Assembly (NCBI GenBank): GCA_965116175.1
Contig: OZ220490.1
Span: forward strand, 65,466 to 129,465
Direction: 5' to 3'
Source: Bdellovibrionales bacterium
GTDB taxonomy: Bacteria; Bdellovibrionota; Bdellovibrionia; Bdellovibrionales; UBA1609
DNA: 64,000 nucleotides
The position numbers and the translations under genes were made by a program. Shown piece after piece: positions 9,931 through 18,267 of this stretch. Numbering within the stretch: the first letter of the stretch is position 1; each line of letters begins with the position of its first letter. The notes beneath the pieces were generated by a model, which worked only from the letters and a program-made list of their open reading frames with translations, was not told the origin of the DNA and did not search any database.

Positions 9931-12175
9931 GGGTTTCCGGCGCATTTTCCTTTAATTCTTTTTTATCACTTCCCCCCTTATCCTTGTTTTGTAACTTCTC
10001 TAAGACTTGTTTTTTCTTTTTATATTGGTTAAGCAAAAGGCTGAGAGACTTGTTGAGCTTCTGCAAAGAGTGGATTTGCTGTTCCTGTGTTTCTGTTTTC
10101 TTTTGCAAATCCTGCCACAGGGTTTTTAAACTTTCATTTTGATCTTCCAAATTTTTATTGGACTTTAACTGTTTATTAATATTAGTTTGGCTTTCTTCCA
10201 AAGATTTTTCCAAAACAAATTGCTTGGTTTTTAATTCCTGGTTTTCTTTCTGGAGTAAAGTCAGGTTATTTTGAGTGTCTTTAATCTGCTGTCCTTTTAT
10301 ATTTTTAAAGGTTTCATATCGTTTTTTCTCACTGCATAAATCATTTTCCATTTCTATACGAATGTGACGAAGCTTTTTTTGAAATGAATCTGATAATTTA
10401 TTTATTCTTTTTTCATAGTCAGATTTTAGATTTTCTATTTCTTTTATGTTATGTTCTTTAATAAGCATTATATTTTTATCTTTATCCCATCTCAGTCTTT
10501 TTATTTCCTCTTCCAGTTGTTTTTTCTCTTTTAGAAAAGGATGGTTTTCTTTAGCTTGAAGCTTTTGGATTTGTTTTTCCATGTCTCTGTTATGTTCTTT
10601 AACAGCATTGAGCTCCCCGCAAAGCTCATTTATGTGTCGTTCCTTTTCTTTTTTTATATTTTCTTTTTCCTGGAGAGATTGTGTTTTAAATTGTGATATA
10701 TTTTTTTCTAAAGTTTGGATGTGACTTATTTTTTCCTCTAAGGCTTTTTGTGATTTTTTGTGATTTTGATAAAGTGCTGCATATTTATTCTGGAAAGACA
10801 GTATAGCTTGATCAAAACCAAGCTTGCCAGAGGAAAGAACTCTTTTTAGATTTTCACATTGAGATTTTAAAGCCTCTTTTTCTTTTGTGATAAATTGCAG
10901 CTGACCACTAAAGTCAGATTTTAATTGTTGTTTTTGTTTGTTCAGTTCATCAATTTGATTTTTGTGATTCAACAAGTTCTTTTGATACTCTTCATATTTC
11001 TGAAATTCTTTTTGAAAAGCTGTTATTTTTTTATTTTCCTCTATGATAATTTTTTTCTCTCTTTTTATCTTTTCTTCTTGCTTTTTAAAACTGTCATTTT
11101 CCTTCTGTATGGCTTTAAGATTTTTTTCCATCAGGGCTGCTTGCTCTTTCTTTTCTTTTTGCTCTATTTTTAGATCTTTTGCTGCCTGAGCCATTTGTTT
11201 TTCTTTTTCTTTGATCACAGAGTTGAGGTTTTTTATTTGTATATCATAATCTTTTTTTAACTCTTCATTTTTTTGTTTAAAGAAAAACTGCTCTTTGACA
11301 AATCTTTTTAAGCCATTATTTTCTTTTTTTGTGATTTTTAGATCTTTTGCTGCCTGAGCCATTTGTTTTTCTTTTTCTTCAATCAGAGTATTAATTTTGT
11401 TTACTTTAAATTCCTGGTTTTTTTTCAGAATTTCATTTTCTTTTTTCAGAAGAATTTGTTTTTCTAAAAAGGACTGATTGGCTTTACTTGTTTTTTTGAG
11501 TTCGCCGGACAATTCTTTATATTTTTGATTTAAGTCATGGTTTATATCTTCAAGCTCTTTCAATTTTTCAGGAGAAATAGGGCTTGTTTTATTTTGTTCT
11601 TTTGTAAGAGCTTGATGAAGCTCTTGTATCTTTTCTTCCAGCTTTTGTGTGTTGTGTTTATATTCTTTTTGTATATCTTGTTTTTCTCTTTTATATAAAA
11701 CCTGAAGATTCTCTATTTGTTTTCTATAAACTTGTTCTTTTTTATTAAGGAGTTTGATACTTCGCTCCTGTATTTTAAGAATGTTCTGATTAGGCAATGT
11801 TTCAATATTTTCCTGAACAGGAATTTTTTTTGCTGTCTCCAAGGCTTTTTTTAATAGACGGGATTGCTCATTAAATGCACGGTGTTGTCTGGCAAAAACA
11901 GAAATTTGATCTTTTAAATTAAGAAACTTGTTTTTTAAAACTGTGTTTTTATTATCCAAATAGGATTTTTCTTTGGAAAGAGAAGATAGTTTTGTATAAA
12001 GCTGCGTGTTTTCTTTACCGGTTTTTGAGAGGCGAGCCAACAGATGAGCATTTTTTTTATACAAAATCTCAAGCTCTTTGGAGTTGATAATTTCATAAAT
12101 GCTTTTTTCTTGTTCAGAAGCTTTTTTTTCCTGATCCTCCTGTAAAATGGGTTTTGTGTACTTTGTTGTATCCAT
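9896..12175 (-). CDS. Large K/E/Q-rich coiled-coil protein
   Basis: The 759 aa are almost entirely heptad-like charged sequence. There is an internal duplicated block (EKEKQMAQAAKDLKI x2). The 3' end overlaps the convergent STAS gene by 35 nt. Confidence 0.6.
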   Translation of the reverse strand: MDTTKYTKPILQEDQEKKASEQEKSIYEIINSKELEILYKKNAHLLARLSKTGKENTQLYTKLSSLSKEKSYLDNKNTVLKNKFLNLKDQISVFARQHRAFNEQSRLLKKALETAKKIPVQENIETLPNQNILKIQERSIKLLNKKEQVYRKQIENLQVLYKREKQDIQKEYKHNTQKLEEKIQELHQALTKEQNKTSPISPEKLKELEDINHDLNQKYKELSGELKKTSKANQSFLEKQILLKKENEILKKNQEFKVNKINTLIEEKEKQMAQAAKDLKITKKENNGLKRFVKEQFFFKQKNEELKKDYDIQIKNLNSVIKEKEKQMAQAAKDLKIEQKEKKEQAALMEKNLKAIQKENDSFKKQEEKIKREKKIIIEENKKITAFQKEFQKYEEYQKNLLNHKNQIDELNKQKQQLKSDFSGQLQFITKEKEALKSQCENLKRVLSSGKLGFDQAILSFQNKYAALYQNHKKSQKALEEKISHIQTLEKNISQFKTQSLQEKENIKKEKERHINELCGELNAVKEHNRDMEKQIQKLQAKENHPFLKEKKQLEEEIKRLRWDKDKNIMLIKEHNIKEIENLKSDYEKRINKLSDSFQKKLRHIRIEMENDLCSEKKRYETFKNIKGQQIKDTQNNLTLLQKENQELKTKQFVLEKSLEESQTNINKQLKSNKNLEDQNESLKTLWQDLQKKTETQEQQIHSLQKLNKSLSLLLNQYKKKKQVLEKLQNKDKGGSDKKELKENAPETPNHILADLHFD
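11167..11379. repeat. 45-bp perfect direct repeat (two copies, 168 bp apart) inside the coiled-coil gene
   Basis: tttttagatcttttgctgcctgagccatttgtttttctttttctt occurs at 11167-11211 and again at 11335-11379. Confidence 0.85.
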
Positions 12176-12366
12176 CAGCCAGCCTCTTAGGACAATATTT
12201 CAGCATTTATAAAAATTGTCAAAAAATAAGGTTTTTTCAAAAAAATTATGCTTTGTATAATAAGACTATAGTCTAATGAAAAAATGAGTTTTTTTACAAA
12301 ACAAAAGACTTGTTTTTGATTTTTCCTCTAAAATCAAAGTTTCTCTAGGTATTAAAATATTATATT

Positions 12367-15021
12367 GTGCCTTATAAGCATCTTATTTTCTTATTGTTTT
12401 TTTATAGTCCCCTTGCTTTGGGAAAATATCAGGTTTGTTCTATAACTATTAATTCTGCCGATGAAATAGAAACTTTTAAAAAATTTTTATCAACTAAAGA
12501 CTTTAATTTTGTAGAGCTTTTGCCTGCTAAGGTCAACCCAGCAGAGGGTCATGACGCCAGTTGGTTTAAACACGCTTGTAAGAGAACAGATATTCAATGT
12601 GATATTTTGATTGTTTCCGGTCATTTTGGAGGTATTTTTTTTGGAGATTCCGGCTATATTCTTTCTACAGGGATGCTGGAAGAGATGGCCTGCCAGAATA
12701 AATGCCCTGGCATTTTATCCAATGTAAAGGAAATTTTTCTTTTTGGATGCAACACTTTGGCTTCAAAGGAAAAAGATTCCCGCACTTATCAGGAATACTT
12801 GCAAGTTTTGTTAGATCATGGAATGGCCAGAGAAGATGCAGAAAGGGTGGTTGCTTCCCGTTACTCTCCTCTTGGAACTCCTTTTTACGCCCGCATGAAT
12901 TTTATTTTTTCCAGTGCCAATGAGGAGGAATATTTAAAGTTTTTACTGGATAAAGGAATGAGCAAAGAGGATATAGAAAGGGCGGCGGCTTCTCGTTATA
13001 CCACTGTTTATGGTTTTAATGAATTAAGCCCTCTCGGGCCACATATTAGGAAACCTTTAAGTAATTATTTAAAAGCTATCAATCAGAAATTTGGAAGTTA
13101 TGCCAATTATTTAAAGTCTGAGCAATATAAAAGACTGCCCCGAAATCAAGAGTTGTTTGACAATCTTGCTCCTTCCAGTTTAAACCAGTCTCAGATTTCT
13201 TTGGCTAATGAAAGCCCTGAGCAAAAAAGATTTTTTAAAAACAAATGCCAGCTTTATAATGATAGGCAGTCGTTTGTTCAAAGAATGATGGTTTTAAAAG
13301 ATATTTTTGAATCTGAAAAATCCGGTTCTGCTTTTTGGGCTATTGATTATTTTTTGAGAAATAATGAAAAAGAGGTGATTGAAGGACAGGGTCGGAGAAT
13401 CTCTCGCTTTATCAGGAAAAATAAACTGTTTTCCGAAAAATTTCACTCCTATTATGAGCATCTGAATTTTCTCCCTTATATTAAGCTTGTTTACCTTAAT
13501 GTTTTAGAGCAATTCCAATGGATTGATTCTTTTGATTTGAAAATGCGTGTAAAAAAAGATCTGCTGGAGCTTATTAAAACACCAAGCGCTGAGGCTTATA
13601 TCACTTTGTATCTTTTATTAACCAATAATCAGATTAGACAGGGAGAAGTTTATATTTCCAAAGAGGACTTACCTGCAGATTATATACAAAACATTTGGGG
13701 TCTTTTGATTTTTCAGCATTTGATGGCCTCAGCTCCGGAATGGCAATTTGATATAATGAAATACTGTAAAGATCATATTGAAGATCAGGAATCTCGTGTT
13801 ATTTGCCATCAAGTTCTTCTTACTCTGGCGGATATTGGCCCTAAACTGGAAACAGCTCAGGCCGGTGTCCCCTTTTTGAATCATGAAGATGAAAAATTGG
13901 TGTATTACACAATTTCAATGCTGGGGCAGAGCGGCATTCAGGATGAGCTTGTTCATAGAAAAATAGCCTACTTTTTAACACATGAAAACTCTGTTATGAG
14001 AGAAGAGGCTTTTTCCGCTCTGGGTTATTTGCGAACCCCCTATAAAGATGTTCAAAGGAAAATAGCATCACTTTTATCTTATGCCGATGAAGCGCTTGCA
14101 CGGAAGCTTTTCTGGAGTTTCAGCAGAATGGATATAAAAAGCAAGGTTGTGCAAAATAGCATTATTCAATATGGGGTAAATAATAAATCTGTTATGGAAA
14201 AAGCATTTAAGGCCTTTGAAAAAACCTCTGAATTTTTTGCAGATGACCAAAAAAACATCACTGATCTTTTGTTTCATGCTGTTGGGGAACTTGTGGAAAA
14301 TATTTTTTTGATTCTGGGTAACATGAATATAAAAAGTGAAGCAGCACAAAATAGCATTGTAGAATATGCTTTAGCCAAAAAAGACAATAAATTTCTTATG
14401 ACAAAAGCTTTTGGCGCTTTTGAAAACACTTCTCAGTTTTTTGAGAGCGTTCAAGACAGAATAATCAAACTGCTGTTCTATGCTGATGAACAGCTTGTGG
14501 AAAATATTTTTTGGAGCTTCCAACATATAGATATACGCAGTAAATCTGTGCAGGACAGTATTATTGAATATGCTTCAGAATTAGACAATACAGAACTTAT
14601 AATAAAAGTTTTTAAAGCATTTGAAAGCAGTTCTCAGTTTTCTAATAAAGTTTTAGGCTTTTTTTATGATCATTTGGATTCTCGTGATGACAGAACTTTG
14701 GCTTTGGTTGAAAGCCTTTCCCGTAATGAAAAATTAAGAGATTGGGGAATCTATTTTCGTTTTGTGGAATTTCATAAAGAGGAATCTGTTGCATTTAAAA
14801 AAGAGGTTTTAAAGCGAATGATATCTCTGACTTGGATGCATCCTAGAACACAGCTTTCTTTTTTGTTTTATCTCAGAGATGAAAGCACTGATGTTCGTAA
14901 AGAGGCTGTTCATGTATTAAGAAATATTAGGAATTTGGAAGATGAAACCAAGAAAAGCATGGAGGATATGTATAGGAACGAAAAAATTGAGGAATTAAAA
15001 GTTTTTTATCCTTCTTTATAA
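12367..15021 (+). CDS. Secreted protein: N-terminal domain with a caspase-like His/Cys arrangement plus C-terminal HEAT/ARM-like repeats
   Basis: Signal peptide MPYKHLIFLLFFYSPLALG. Motifs CDILIVSGHFGG and EIFLFGCNTLA are present. It is a paralogue of the 57973..60090 product. Three ~67-aa tandem repeats occur, and the C-terminus is HEAT-like (DESTDVRKEAVHVL). Confidence 0.6.
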   Translation: MPYKHLIFLLFFYSPLALGKYQVCSITINSADEIETFKKFLSTKDFNFVELLPAKVNPAEGHDASWFKHACKRTDIQCDILIVSGHFGGIFFGDSGYILSTGMLEEMACQNKCPGILSNVKEIFLFGCNTLASKEKDSRTYQEYLQVLLDHGMAREDAERVVASRYSPLGTPFYARMNFIFSSANEEEYLKFLLDKGMSKEDIERAAASRYTTVYGFNELSPLGPHIRKPLSNYLKAINQKFGSYANYLKSEQYKRLPRNQELFDNLAPSSLNQSQISLANESPEQKRFFKNKCQLYNDRQSFVQRMMVLKDIFESEKSGSAFWAIDYFLRNNEKEVIEGQGRRISRFIRKNKLFSEKFHSYYEHLNFLPYIKLVYLNVLEQFQWIDSFDLKMRVKKDLLELIKTPSAEAYITLYLLLTNNQIRQGEVYISKEDLPADYIQNIWGLLIFQHLMASAPEWQFDIMKYCKDHIEDQESRVICHQVLLTLADIGPKLETAQAGVPFLNHEDEKLVYYTISMLGQSGIQDELVHRKIAYFLTHENSVMREEAFSALGYLRTPYKDVQRKIASLLSYADEALARKLFWSFSRMDIKSKVVQNSIIQYGVNNKSVMEKAFKAFEKTSEFFADDQKNITDLLFHAVGELVENIFLILGNMNIKSEAAQNSIVEYALAKKDNKFLMTKAFGAFENTSQFFESVQDRIIKLLFYADEQLVENIFWSFQHIDIRSKSVQDSIIEYASELDNTELIIKVFKAFESSSQFSNKVLGFFYDHLDSRDDRTLALVESLSRNEKLRDWGIYFRFVEFHKEESVAFKKEVLKRMISLTWMHPRTQLSFLFYLRDESTDVRKEAVHVLRNIRNLEDETKKSMEDMYRNEKIEELKVFYPSL
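14071..14670 (+). repeat. Three tandem ~200-bp coding repeats (~67 aa units)
   Basis: The units begin LLSYADEALARKLFWSFSRMDIKSK, LLFHAVGELVENIFLILGNMNIKSE and LLFYADEQLVENIFWSFQHIDIRSK, at about 14071, 14267 and 14473. Confidence 0.75.
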
Positions 15022-15914
15022 TGAGGTGAACGAAGAAAAGGGGAAGGCAGTTTTTTGTTAAGCTTATCTTCCAACCATAAAGCTGATGAAATAATTTTTT
15101 TTATGGAAGAATTTTTAGGACCTTTAAAAAGATAAATCAAAGATTCCGTAGGCACATTTCCTGAAGGGGTTTTGGAATAGGGGCAACCTCCTAAACCCCC
15201 AAGACTGCCGTCAAAACTGCGAATGCCTATAGTATAAGCCTCCCAGACATTGGCAACAGCCATACCATGAACATTATGAAAGTGACAGGCCAGTTTTTTT
15301 GAGGAAAAGCTTTTTAACAGTGTTTCCAAAACATTTTGCACATCCTCAGGTCTGGCTTTCCCTGTTGTGTCACTAATAGAAATTTCATGGACACCCAAAT
15401 CTTCTATTTTTGTGACCCAATCAAGAATAACATCTGGTGAAACTTCTCCCTCATAAGGACAGTGGAAACAAGCGCTTAAATAAGCGCGAATCTTTAAATT
15501 TTCTTTTAAGGCTTGTTTACACAGCTCTTTATATCTTAAGTAAGCTTCTTTCATGGAACAGTTAATATTTTTTTTGGAAAAAGTATCAGTGGCAGAGAGA
15601 AAAATAGAAATTTCTTTTATTTCTGATTCCAAGGCTCTTTTTAAGCCTTTAAGGTTAGGGACAAGGGCAGAAAATTCTATTTGTTTTGGAATCCTGCCTG
15701 CTTTCTGATCCCTTAAAATCAGTTTGGCCAATTCTTCAGTGTCTTGCATTTGAGGAACCCATTTTGGAGAAACAAAAGATCCTAATTCAATACGGTTTAA
15801 TCCAGTATGGGATAATTTATAAACAAGCTGCCTTTTATCCTGTAAAGATAAAAATGTCTGTTCATTTTGCAGGCCGTCTCTTGGCCCAACTTCCAAAATG
15901 TTGACCTCATCCAT
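15006..15914 (-). CDS. Hydroxymethylglutaryl-CoA lyase
   Basis: EVGPRDGLQNE is at the N-terminus, with the HMGL-like TIM-barrel pattern (CHFHNVHGMAVAN). The 3' end overlaps the convergent upstream gene by 16 nt. Confidence 0.88.
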   Translation of the reverse strand: MDEVNILEVGPRDGLQNEQTFLSLQDKRQLVYKLSHTGLNRIELGSFVSPKWVPQMQDTEELAKLILRDQKAGRIPKQIEFSALVPNLKGLKRALESEIKEISIFLSATDTFSKKNINCSMKEAYLRYKELCKQALKENLKIRAYLSACFHCPYEGEVSPDVILDWVTKIEDLGVHEISISDTTGKARPEDVQNVLETLLKSFSSKKLACHFHNVHGMAVANVWEAYTIGIRSFDGSLGGLGGCPYSKTPSGNVPTESLIYLFKGPKNSSIKKIISSALWLEDKLNKKLPSPFLRSPHYKEG

Positions 15915-15983
15915 TTTTTAAACTCCTATTCATCCCTCTTGTTTTAAAAGCTATATGTTATTTTCTGTCAAAACTTATTCCGT

Positions 15984-16352
15984 TTAAGAATAGTTTATTT
16001 TTATAAGTTTTTTGTTTTCATTAACAGTTTGCCCCTCTTTACAAAAAATCTCTTCTATTTTTCCCGAGCCTTCTGCCTTAAAGTTATATTCTATTTTCAT
16101 GCTTAACAGTGTTAAAAGGCTTTGTCCTTTTTTTACTTTATCGCCTTTCTTAACAAGAATCTTTTGTATTTTTCCCGGTAAATCAGAGATTATAAGCTTT
16201 TCTTTTTTTCCCTCTTTTAGACTTTTTTGTGAATATTTTTTGTTTTTCCATACCCATGTTCGTCCCTGAAAATGCAACCATACAGAGTTTTTATCTTTTA
16301 TAGCATAAAGTTTATAATGTTTTCCCTTCCATTTTTTTTCTAAAAATTTCAT
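15984..16352 (-). CDS. Biotinyl/lipoyl-domain protein (stand-alone biotin carboxyl carrier)
   Basis: The C-terminal GQSLLTLLSMKIEYNFKAEGSGKIEEI matches the (A/S)MK(M/I) biotinyl-lysine hairpin. The gene lies directly downstream of the biotin carboxylase. Confidence 0.7.
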   Translation of the reverse strand: MKFLEKKWKGKHYKLYAIKDKNSVWLHFQGRTWVWKNKKYSQKSLKEGKKEKLIISDLPGKIQKILVKKGDKVKKGQSLLTLLSMKIEYNFKAEGSGKIEEIFCKEGQTVNENKKLIKINYS

Positions 16353-16365
16353 GTTTAGACTATTC

Positions 16366-17835
16366 CTATTTGAAATGGGACCAGGGGTTAAATTGAGGAT
16401 TTAAAGAAGCTGTTTTGTTTGGGGAGCTTTTTAATTCCTGAAAAATCTCCTGCATAAGCCCTTCCGGCAGGGGACAGGTTTTTTCTTTCCATTCCGAAGA
16501 TTGAATCTTTTCCAGATAGTTTGTTGTTATTTTGTTTTCAATAAATTTATTGTGAGACAAAAGAAAATTTAAAAAATTTATATTTGTATTCAGACCAAAA
16601 ATAATTGTTTCTTGTAATGCCCTTTGCATTTTTTTTATAGCTTTTAATCTTGAATCTTCCCACACAATAATTTTAGCAATTAGAGAATCATAAAAGGCTG
16701 AAATCTGATCATTGGGATAATAGGCTGTATCCACACGAACAGAATTTCCATAAGGCCACTGGCAGGCAAGGAGAGGCCCTGTTGAAGGCTGAAAATTTTT
16801 AAAAGGATCTTCGGCACAGATACGGCATTGAATGCTGTGGCCTCTTGGATGGAAAATTTGATTTTCATAAAAAGCCTGTTTTTCCATAGCAGTTAAAATT
16901 TGGGCCTTTACCAAATCCACTCCATAAATCATTTCTGTTACTGTGTGCTCAACCTGAAGTCTTGTATTCATTTCCAAAAAATAAAAATTGCCACCTTGAA
17001 CTAAAAACTCCAAAGTCCCTGCTCCTTTATAATCAATAATAGAGCAGAACTGACGGCAAGCCTCCCGGATGTCCTTTTTCGTTTTATTTGGCAAACTGGA
17101 GGGGGCTTCTTCTATAATTTTTTGATGTCTTCTTTGTGGTGAACAGTCTCTGTCTCCTAAAATAAACACTTCTTTATTTGCCGATACAAAAATCTGTGTT
17201 TCAATATGCTTTGCTGAGTCCAAATACTTTTCTAAAAAAATTTCTTCGCTATTAAAACTTTGAAGTCCTTCTGAACGAACATTGGGTAAAAATTGTTTAA
17301 GCTCATCTTCAGAATGAGCCAGTCTTAAACCTCTTCCTCCTCCTCCTTCCGCTGTTTTGATCATTAAGGGATAGGATATTTTTCTGGCTTTTTGGAATAA
17401 AAGTTTTTCCTGATAGGAATTTCCTGTCCAGGCCGGTAGGACAGGAATGCTGGCTTTTTCCGCTATTTTTCGTGCTGAAATTTTATTTCCAAAAAGAGAA
17501 ATGCTTTCAGAATTAGGGCCAATAAAAATAAGTCCTTTATTTTCACATTGCCTGGCAAAGTCTGGATTTTCAGATAAAAAGCCATAACCTGGGTGAATGG
17601 CCCCAGCTCCTGTTTTGAAGGCTCCTTTGATATTGGCGGAAATATTGAGATAGGATTGAAAAGGATCTGAAGGCCCTATGCAGATTTTTTCATCAGCGAT
17701 ACGGAAAGCTTCGTTATTTGTATCTCCTTCAGCATAGAGGAGAACAGTTTTTAAACCCATTTCATGGCAGGCGGAAATGATTCGCTTGGCCACTTCTCCC
17801 CGGTTGGCGACAGCTACTTTTTTTATAACAGCCAT
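16366..17835 (-). CDS. Biotin carboxylase (ATP-grasp) subunit of an acyl-CoA carboxylase, probably methylcrotonyl-CoA-type given the context
   Basis: Contains VANRGEVAKRII, HPGYGFLSEN, GGGGRGLR and EMNTRLQVEHTVTE. It is adjacent to HMG-CoA lyase. Confidence 0.88.
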   Translation of the reverse strand: MAVIKKVAVANRGEVAKRIISACHEMGLKTVLLYAEGDTNNEAFRIADEKICIGPSDPFQSYLNISANIKGAFKTGAGAIHPGYGFLSENPDFARQCENKGLIFIGPNSESISLFGNKISARKIAEKASIPVLPAWTGNSYQEKLLFQKARKISYPLMIKTAEGGGGRGLRLAHSEDELKQFLPNVRSEGLQSFNSEEIFLEKYLDSAKHIETQIFVSANKEVFILGDRDCSPQRRHQKIIEEAPSSLPNKTKKDIREACRQFCSIIDYKGAGTLEFLVQGGNFYFLEMNTRLQVEHTVTEMIYGVDLVKAQILTAMEKQAFYENQIFHPRGHSIQCRICAEDPFKNFQPSTGPLLACQWPYGNSVRVDTAYYPNDQISAFYDSLIAKIIVWEDSRLKAIKKMQRALQETIIFGLNTNINFLNFLLSHNKFIENKITTNYLEKIQSSEWKEKTCPLPEGLMQEIFQELKSSPNKTASLNPQFNPWSHFK

Positions 17836-17962
17836 GCTCTCTTTATATTGTATAAAGCTGTTTTAGGCAAAACTTTAATGGTGGGAATGAAACATCAAGT
17901 GGTTAGCGTTGAGTGAGTCTTGCTTTCAATTAAAACTATTTGGTTTTGAGCGTTGCTTGGCA

Positions 17963-18190
17963 AATCCTGTTTGAATTTTAAGGTCTTCTTATTGAGATAA
18001 AAATTAAACCTCCATCAGAATAAGGGAGACAACAATTTGTATTTATTCAAAAATTTACTTTTTTACTGCCTCCATGAGAGTAAGAAGAACAAAAGTTCAG
18101 ACATACGTTTTGCCACAAAGCGCCTCTTAGCCGCTTTGTGCTCAAAGCCGAACTCACTTTTGCCCTTCTTACTCTCATGGAGGCAGTGAG
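17963..18190. repeat. Structured palindromic intergenic element, copy A
   Basis: A perfect 23-bp inverted repeat (actgcctccatgagagtaagaag at 18065-18087, its complement at 18165-18187) encloses a second 9-bp hairpin (cacaaagcg/cgctttgtg). A third, arm-like copy lies at about 18007-18030. The element is homologous to copy B at 48481-48650, in opposite orientation. Confidence 0.8.
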
Positions 18191-18267
18191 ATATTCTTTT
18201 ATTTTTTAAAGTATTACATTAATATTAAGAACATGTTTGTAATTATTTGTATGTTTTTTGATGTTGA

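Noticed and set aside
10925-11173. Nested antisense or off-frame ORFs inside long genes. Examples: 10925..11173, 34801..35271, 38784..39146, 41567..41947, 45236..45700, 47324..47701, 55284..55875, 28104..28358, 26364..26546 and 989..1291.
   Set aside because: Each lies wholly within a longer ORF that has strong family motifs. Their products are low-complexity (F/L/S/K-rich), as expected from AT-rich antisense strands.
18065-18187. The 23-bp perfect hairpin as a Rho-independent terminator for the upstream minus-strand gene (stop at 18268).
   Set aside because: On the minus strand the stem is followed by an A-run, not a U-run. The T-rich tract follows it only on the + strand, where no gene ends. 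The size (a >120-nt composite structure) and the second genomic copy fit a repeat element better.
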